Shown one piece after another: positions 26,539 to 32,000 of a stretch of DNA of 32,000 bases. The notes under the pieces were generated by a model that saw only the letters and a program-made list of their open reading frames with translations, did not search any database and was not told the origin of the DNA. A program made the translations under genes and the position numbers. Numbering within the stretch: the first letter of the stretch is position 1; every line of letters starts with the position of its first letter. The stretch comes from Actinokineospora alba (GTDB taxonomy: Bacteria > Actinomycetota > Actinomycetes > Mycobacteriales > Pseudonocardiaceae), in the NCBI RefSeq assembly GCF_004362515.1, contig NZ_SNXU01000001.1, positions 3,757,633-3,789,632 on the forward strand. Direction: 5' to 3'.

Positions 26539-26955
26539 ATGGGCGACAGCGGACGTGCGGCCATCCTCCGCTCTGCCGGTTTCGAGGTCGTCGGCACCGT
26601 GGAGTCCGCGGGAGGCCTGCTTCCGGAGCAGGCCTGGCGCCGCGTCATCAATCTGGACGTGGTCCCCGTCGCCGAGGTCGACGACGATGACCTGGACCGC
26701 GTCGACGCCGAGTGGCGCGGGCTTGCCGACGAGAGCGGGCTGTTCGCGGACGACGGCTCGTTCCTCATCAGCCCGCCCGGTCCCGGCGCCATGCGGTTGC
26801 CCTGGGTGCGGGTCCGGTTGACGGCCGCGACAAAGCTGGCCGGGCAGCTCCACGCCAGTCCCGGTCAGCCCGAGTTCGTCACGGCGGCGTTGGACGGGCA
26901 CGTGGTGCTTGGCGTCACCAGCGAAGAGCATGGAGTGTGGCTGGTCCGGGGCTAG
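26539..26955 (+). CDS. Hypothetical 138-aa acidic protein (possible second or orphan immunity protein)
   Basis: ATG lies after GAGGCAGGGG, 30 nt downstream of the preceding gene on the same strand. No recognisable motifs. Its stop overlaps the convergent GNAT stop within GCTAGC. Confidence 0.55.
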   Translation: MGDSGRAAILRSAGFEVVGTVESAGGLLPEQAWRRVINLDVVPVAEVDDDDLDRVDAEWRGLADESGLFADDGSFLISPPGPGAMRLPWVRVRLTAATKLAGQLHASPGQPEFVTAALDGHVVLGVTSEEHGVWLVRG

Positions 26956-27482
26956 CGGCCCAGTGGGATCTCGAAGTGCACCGTCTGGAACCCGATCGGG
27001 TCGCCGTCCCGGTTGTCGTACACCTCCGTGGCGATCGACCGCCAGAACGGCTCCGCCCCCGGCACCCGCGTGTCCGTGTGCAGGTAGAGCACCGAGTACG
27101 TCGGCTCGTTCGCCACGAACTCGGTGGCCGCCCGGACCAACTCCCGGGCCAGCCCACACCGCCGGTGCTCCGGCCGCACGTACACCCGGAACAGCTGCGC
27201 CGTCGCCCCGCCCGCGTACCGCTCAGCCAGCCACCCCGGGTGCGGCGGGCTGGCGGGGGCGACAGCGCGGACGCCGGTGGTGGCGACGATCTCGTCACCT
27301 TTCGCCGCAACGAAAAGGGCGTGTCGCGGCGGTTCCAGGTAGGCACCGCGCAGGTCGATGGCGTCGGCGTGCCATTCGGGGCGGTAGCCGTAGCCGAACT
27401 CGCGGTAGAAAGTGTCGAGCATGACGCCGCGGGCGCCGTCGAGGTCGGTTTCGCGGGCCTGGCGGATGTCGTATGGGCTCAT
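26952..27482 (-). CDS. GNAT-family N-acetyltransferase
   Basis: ORF 26952..27731. The true start is ATG 27482 (MSPYDIRQARETD), which overlaps the ABC ATPase stop (ATGA). The acetyl-CoA motif VRPEHRRCGLAREL is present. The upstream 83 residues of the track ORF overlap the ATPase gene. Confidence 0.85.
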   Translation of the reverse strand: MSPYDIRQARETDLDGARGVMLDTFYREFGYGYRPEWHADAIDLRGAYLEPPRHALFVAAKGDEIVATTGVRAVAPASPPHPGWLAERYAGGATAQLFRVYVRPEHRRCGLARELVRAATEFVANEPTYSVLYLHTDTRVPGAEPFWRSIATEVYDNRDGDPIGFQTVHFEIPLGR

Positions 27483-28897
27483 GGGTGCGCTTCCTTGATG
27501 GTGTGGCCGAGCAGGCCGATGGTCACGGGGTGTTGCGGGTCGCTCAGGACGTCGTGGGCGTCGCCATGTTCGACGACTTTCCCCTTGTCCAGCACGACGA
27601 TCCGGTCGGCCAGTCGGGACACGACGCCGAGGTCGTGGCTGATCAGGACGACCGTGCAGGGTAAGCCTGCCAGCAGGTCGAGCAGGCCTGCTTGGGTGAT
27701 GGTGTCCAGCCCGGACGTGATCTCGTCGCACACCAGCACGTCCGGGCGGGCCAGCAGCGCCCGGACGAGCGCGGCCCGCTGCAGTTCGCCGCCGGACAGG
27801 CCAGCCGGGCGTCGCCTGGCTGTCTCCGCGCTGACGCCGACTTTCGCCAACTCGTCCAACGCGAGAGCGGACGCCTCAAGCTTCGAGGCGCCACGCAGGC
27901 GCACGGCGGTCCGGGAGATCTGGTCCAGCACCGTACGGTGCTCGTCGAACGAAGCGCGCGCGTCCTGGAAGACGTACTGCGCCTGCGTAAGTCGGGGCCG
28001 GACGCCGTCGACCAGAATTGAGCCGTCCCAAGTGGAGTGCAGGCCCACCACGCACCGGGCGAGGGTGGTCTTCCCACTGCCGGAACGGCCGACCACGCCG
28101 AGACATTCGCCGACGCCGGCCGCGACCGTCACCTTGTGCAGCACCTCGGCCGACCGGTGCCGGGCGCTGAGGTCCCGCACTTGCAGCCGAGGCCCTCGGT
28201 CCGCGGCGGCGGGTGGCACCTGGATCTGGGGCTGGGCCTCGATCAGCGCCCGCGTGTAGTCGTCGCGCGGCGAGGTCAGCACCTCGTCGGCCGGGCCCGC
28301 CGCGACTACCCGACCCGCCCGCAGCACGACGATCTCGTCCGCCAGCGCCCGCACCACCTCGAGGTCGTGGGTCAGGATCACCACCGCCACGCCTTGCCGG
28401 GCGACCTCCGCCAACTCGGCGACGATCTCCGCGCGGGTGATGGCGTCCTGGCCGGTCGTCGGCTCGTCGGCGATGATCACCGCCGGTTCCCGGACCAAAA
28501 TCTGCGCCAGCACGACCCGCTGCTGCTGTCCGCCGGAAAGCTGATGCGGATACCGGTCGAGCAACTCCGCGGGCACCCGAGCCCGCCGCAGCGCTGTGGC
28601 GATCGCCGCTTCGTCGCCGATCTCGCGGAACACCGCGCCGATCCGCCGAACCGGGTTGAGCGCGGCCGACGGGTGCTGCGGCACGAACCCCGCGTTCCCG
28701 CGGACGGTCACGCTTCCGCTGACCCGCACCCCGGCGGCGTGCTCGCCCAGCAGCGCGAGCCCGGTGGTCGTCTTCCCGCTGCCGGACTCGCCGACCAGCG
28801 CCAACACCCGCCCGGCCGCCAACGCGAAACTCACCCCGTCGACCAGGGTCCGGGTGTCCGTCTCGGCGCGCAGACCCTCCACATGCACGACGGTCAC
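27479..28897 (-). CDS. ABC transporter ATP-binding protein, fused double ATPase (DppD/DppF-like)
   Basis: It carries two full cassettes: GESGSGKTT / LSGGQQQR / IIADEPTTGQD, and GRSGSGKTT / LSGGELQR / LVCDEITSGLD. GTG 28897 overlaps the permease stop (GTGA). Confidence 0.9.
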   Translation of the reverse strand: MTVVHVEGLRAETDTRTLVDGVSFALAAGRVLALVGESGSGKTTTGLALLGEHAAGVRVSGSVTVRGNAGFVPQHPSAALNPVRRIGAVFREIGDEAAIATALRRARVPAELLDRYPHQLSGGQQQRVVLAQILVREPAVIIADEPTTGQDAITRAEIVAELAEVARQGVAVVILTHDLEVVRALADEIVVLRAGRVVAAGPADEVLTSPRDDYTRALIEAQPQIQVPPAAADRGPRLQVRDLSARHRSAEVLHKVTVAAGVGECLGVVGRSGSGKTTLARCVVGLHSTWDGSILVDGVRPRLTQAQYVFQDARASFDEHRTVLDQISRTAVRLRGASKLEASALALDELAKVGVSAETARRRPAGLSGGELQRAALVRALLARPDVLVCDEITSGLDTITQAGLLDLLAGLPCTVVLISHDLGVVSRLADRIVVLDKGKVVEHGDAHDVLSDPQHPVTIGLLGHTIKEAHP

Positions 28898-29670
28898 GTC
28901 CGCGCCTCCTTCCGCAAAGCCTTGTCGAACACCAGGTTCAGCCCGATCGACAGAGCCACGATCAGCAGCGCGGGGACCACGACGGCCAGCGGCTGCAGGA
29001 ACAGCCCGCCGCGGTTGCGGTCGACCATCACCGCCCAGTCCGCCGCGTCCGGCGCCACCCCGATCCCGAGGAAGCTCGCCGACGCCACCAGGTACAGCGC
29101 GCCGGTCAGCCGGACACCCACGTCCGCCGCGAGCGTGCGCGCCATGGACCGTCCGATGTAGACGATCGATTTCCGCCACCATGACTCGCCTTGCAACCGC
29201 ATCGCCTCCAGTGCGGGCCGCCCGGCGATCTCCAAGGCAGCCGCCCGGGAGATCCGCGCGACATCAGGAAAGTTGATCAGCGTCACGATGCCGACGATCA
29301 CCGCGATGCCCTGTCCGGCGATCGTGGCCAGCAGGATCAGCACCAGCAGCGACGGGATCGCCAACAGCAGATCCAACGGCCGCATCAGGAGCTCGTCGAC
29401 CGCCCGCACCCGTGACGTCGCCGCCAGCACACCCCACGGCACACCGACGACGTACGCGCCCGCCGTGGCCAGCAGCGCCACCAGGGCCACCGACTGGCCG
29501 CCTGCCAGCACCTGGTGCCACACGTCCCGCCCGACGAAGTCGGTGCCCAGGAAGTGGTCCGGCATGAACGGCGCGCCCCGGGTCTGCGTCTCGGGCACGA
29601 ACAGCGGCCCGAGCAGTGCCAACAGCAGCGGGACCGCGATCAGCAGCCCACCCACCCCGAACCGCTTCAT
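28894..29670 (-). CDS. ABC transporter permease (DppC/OppC-like)
   Basis: It is a multi-TM protein with an N-terminal FLGTD..GRDV motif and an EAA-loop-like AALEIAGRPALEAMRLQG, typical of peptide/nickel-type permeases. Its ATG overlaps the upstream permease stop (ATGA). Confidence 0.88.
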   Translation of the reverse strand: MKRFGVGGLLIAVPLLLALLGPLFVPETQTRGAPFMPDHFLGTDFVGRDVWHQVLAGGQSVALVALLATAGAYVVGVPWGVLAATSRVRAVDELLMRPLDLLLAIPSLLVLILLATIAGQGIAVIVGIVTLINFPDVARISRAAALEIAGRPALEAMRLQGESWWRKSIVYIGRSMARTLAADVGVRLTGALYLVASASFLGIGVAPDAADWAVMVDRNRGGLFLQPLAVVVPALLIVALSIGLNLVFDKALRKEART

Positions 29671-30617
29671 CGGATGCCCACCGCCCGCGGCGAGAGCCGG
29701 AACGCGACGAGGTCGGCGATCAGGTTCACCGCGACCGTGGTCACCGCGAACACCACCGCGAGCCCTTGCACCACCGGGAGATCACGGCTCGCGACCGCGT
29801 CCACGAGCGTGGTGCCAAGCCCCGGGATGACGAACACCGCCTCCACCACGATCACCCCGCCGAGGAGCCAGTCCGTGGTCCGCGCGACCTGCTGGACGGC
29901 GGGCGCGAGCGCGTTCGGCAGCGCGTGCGCGAACCGGACCCGGCCGACACTGAGCCCCAGCCTGCGCGCGTGGCGCACGTAGTCCGACGACAGCGCCTCG
30001 ATCATGCCCGCGCGCACCAGCCTGCTGATCGAGCAGATCGGCCGGGCCAGCAGCACGACCAGCGGCAGCACCAGCACCTCAGGGTGTCCCAGCAGGTCTC
30101 CGCCGACCCCGACAGCGGTCGGCGGGAGCCAAGCGAGCTGCACGCCGAACAGTGCGATCAGCACCACCGCCAGCGCGAACTCCGGAATCGAGTGCAGCCC
30201 CACGCTGATCGACGTCAGCACCCGGTCCAGCCTGCTGCCCTCCCGCAGCGCCGCCAGCACCCCGACCATGACCGACAGCGGAACCAGCAGCACCAGAGTC
30301 AGCACCGCGAGGACCGCCGTCGGTGCGAGACCGTTGGAGAGGAACGCCGAGACCGGTCTGCCGGAGACGATCGAGACCCCGAGGTCCAGGTGCGCCAAGC
30401 CCCACAGCCACGCGCCGAACCGTTCCAGCGGCGGCCGGTCGAGACCCATCACGGTCCGGATCTGCTCGATCCGCTCCGGGTTCGGGTCGTCCCCGGCGAG
30501 CGCCACCGCGGCGTCCCCCGGCAAGGCCTGCACCAGGAGGAACACCACGGTGGCGACGGCGATGACCTGGATGACCCCGAAGGCCAGCCGTTTCACCGCG
30601 TAGCGGCCCAGACTCAC
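29667..30617 (-). CDS. ABC transporter permease (DppB/OppB-like)
   Basis: ORF 29667..30848. Start chosen at GTG 30617 (VSLGRYAVKRLAFGVIQVIAVATVVFLLVQALPGD), the typical DppB N-terminus. It overlaps the SBP stop (GTGA). Confidence 0.88.
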   Translation of the reverse strand: MSLGRYAVKRLAFGVIQVIAVATVVFLLVQALPGDAAVALAGDDPNPERIEQIRTVMGLDRPPLERFGAWLWGLAHLDLGVSIVSGRPVSAFLSNGLAPTAVLAVLTLVLLVPLSVMVGVLAALREGSRLDRVLTSISVGLHSIPEFALAVVLIALFGVQLAWLPPTAVGVGGDLLGHPEVLVLPLVVLLARPICSISRLVRAGMIEALSSDYVRHARRLGLSVGRVRFAHALPNALAPAVQQVARTTDWLLGGVIVVEAVFVIPGLGTTLVDAVASRDLPVVQGLAVVFAVTTVAVNLIADLVAFRLSPRAVGIR

Positions 30618-32000
30618 CCGAGCCACACCTTGTCGAACCTCGCCCAGTCCAGCGTGTTCGCCGGCGCGGTCGCCACACCGCTGACGTTGCGGGCGGTGCC
30701 GACGATCCAGTCCGCGAAGCCCCACATCAGGTAGCCGCCCTCGGCGTGCAGCGAGCGCTGCATCTCCGCGTACACCGCGCCGCGCGCCTTCTCGTCCGCC
30801 GTGGACACCGCCTTCTGGTACAGCGCGTCGAACTCGGGCCGGGTCCACTTGGTGACGTTGGTTCCCGACGTGCTGAGCAGCCGCTGCGCGATGTGCGTCT
30901 CGATCGGCATCGCGCCGGAGCGGAAGCTCGACATGGAGCCGTTCTTGAGCGTGTCGGCCCAGTAGGTGTCCTTGTTGCCGGTGACGACCTCGATCGTCAG
31001 CCCGGATCCCTTGACCTGGTCGGCGAAGATCGTGGCCGCCTCGACCATCCCGGCCGCGGCGGTGGACGTGTCGAGTTTGATGGTCATGCCCTCGGCGCCC
31101 GCCTTGCGGATCAGGTGCTTGGCCTTGTCCAGGTCGCGCGTGCGCTGCGGGATGTCGCCGGCGTAGTACTGCGAGCCCTTGCCGAACAGGTCGTTGCCGA
31201 TCTGCCCGCTACCCGCCAGGGTCGACTCGACCAACTGCGGCCGGTCGGCCAGCAGGAACATCGCCTCGCGCAGGTCCGGGTTGTTGAAAGGCGCCCGGTC
31301 GAGCTTCATCGCAAACGCTTGCACCGCGCTGTTGGGGGAGCGGACGATCGTCATCCGGTCACTCGCGCCGTGGGCCCGGGCGGTGGTCGGGGTGAGGTCG
31401 TGGGCGTACTCGACCTGCCCGCCGAGCAGCGCGTTCGTCCGCGCCGACTCCTCGTTGGCGATCACGAACTGCAGCTCGTCGAGGTGCGGGGCACCCTCCC
31501 AGTACTGCGCGTTCTTCTTGAGCAGTACGGACTTGCCCGGCTCGAACGAGACGAAGCTGAACGGGCCTGAGCCGACCGGTTTGGTGAAGTCCTCGGTGCC
31601 CTCGGGGACGATGTAGGTGCCGAAGGCGGCGAGCGCGTTGGGGAATTCGACGAACGGCCGCTTGAGGGCGAACTCGACGGTCCGGTCGTCGATCGCCTTG
31701 CTGTTCGCCAGGTCGATCAGCGACAGGCTCGACTTGGCCCGGAAGGCGCGCTTGGGGTCGAGGATGCGGGCGTAGCTGGCGAGCACGTCCTGCGCGCGCA
31801 CCGGCTTGCCGTCGTGGAACACGGCCTGGCGCAGCGTGATCCGCCAGCGGGTCAGGTCGCCGTTGGGCTCCCACTTCTCGGCCAGGCGCGGCTGCGCGGA
31901 GACGTCGGCGCCGAGGTCGGCGAGCTTGTCGAACATCGCCTTCGACCGTGCCGCCTCGACGAACAGGTTCGCCAGGTGCGGGTCGAGGACCTCCTTGGCG
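30614..32000 (-). CDS. ABC transporter substrate-binding protein, family 5 (peptide/nickel type); 5' end beyond window
   Basis: The translation is typical of family 5 SBPs (GSGPFSFVSFEPGKSVLLKKNAQYWEG). The frame stays open upstream of the track Met (31936) to the window edge, and no signal peptide is seen. The N-terminus therefore lies outside the window. Confidence 0.88.
   Translation of the reverse strand, partial: AKEVLDPHLANLFVEAARSKAMFDKLADLGADVSAQPRLAEKWEPNGDLTRWRITLRQAVFHDGKPVRAQDVLASYARILDPKRAFRAKSSLSLIDLANSKAIDDRTVEFALKRPFVEFPNALAAFGTYIVPEGTEDFTKPVGSGPFSFVSFEPGKSVLLKKNAQYWEGAPHLDELQFVIANEESARTNALLGGQVEYAHDLTPTTARAHGASDRMTIVRSPNSAVQAFAMKLDRAPFNNPDLREAMFLLADRPQLVESTLAGSGQIGNDLFGKGSQYYAGDIPQRTRDLDKAKHLIRKAGAEGMTIKLDTSTAAAGMVEAATIFADQVKGSGLTIEVVTGNKDTYWADTLKNGSMSSFRSGAMPIETHIAQRLLSTSGTNVTKWTRPEFDALYQKAVSTADEKARGAVYAEMQRSLHAEGGYLMWGFADWIVGTARNVSGVATAPANTLDWARFDKVWLG

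Noticed and set aside
20303-26955. Calling the toxin locus a mobile genomic island.
   Set aside because: No integrase, transposase, tRNA attachment site or flanking direct repeats are visible. Only the synteny argument and a by-eye codon-usage impression support recent acquisition. It is therefore reported as a synteny break, not as a mobile element.

Overview
This is a high-GC actinomycete chromosomal window; the order is unclear, possibly Pseudonocardiales- or Streptomyces-like, and that is inference only. All calls come from reading the sequence and ORF translations by eye, with no database searches. Coordinates of non-ORF features may be off by 1-2 nt.

The conserved backbone is tig (5'-truncated), clpP1, clpP2, clpX and, further on, valS. 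About 14 kb of accessory or metabolic genes sit between clpX and valS:
- a YdeN/RBBP9-like hydrolase with a degenerate catalytic triad
- a Tat-signal esterase
- a family III CoA-transferase
- fdhD
- a streptogrisin-C-like secreted protease with a chitin-binding tail
- a CrtI-like flavoprotein
- a mycoredoxin
- a YdeP/FdhF-type molybdoenzyme
- an untracked 58-aa ORF coupled to a protein that fuses a T7SS-substrate-like helical domain to a C39-like Cys/His peptidase
- two tandem paralogous membrane-anchored proteins

Downstream of valS is the most interesting locus, a type VII-style polymorphic toxin operon. It encodes a YbaB/EbfC-like protein, an EspC/DUF2580-like small helical protein, and a 1505-aa WXG-domain/RHS-repeat protein. 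The RHS protein ends in a 133-aa C-terminal domain I cannot assign to any known toxin family. Two uncharacterised candidate immunity ORFs follow.

The window ends with a minus-strand Dpp/Opp-type ABC importer operon (SBP, 2 permeases, fused double ATPase). It is translationally coupled to a terminal GNAT acetyltransferase.

Two inverted copies of a ~139-bp nested-palindromic repeat bracket a 6.1-kb five-gene segment. Substitutions between the copies are compensated across the stem. I saw no rRNA, tRNA, CRISPR array, transposase or integrase.
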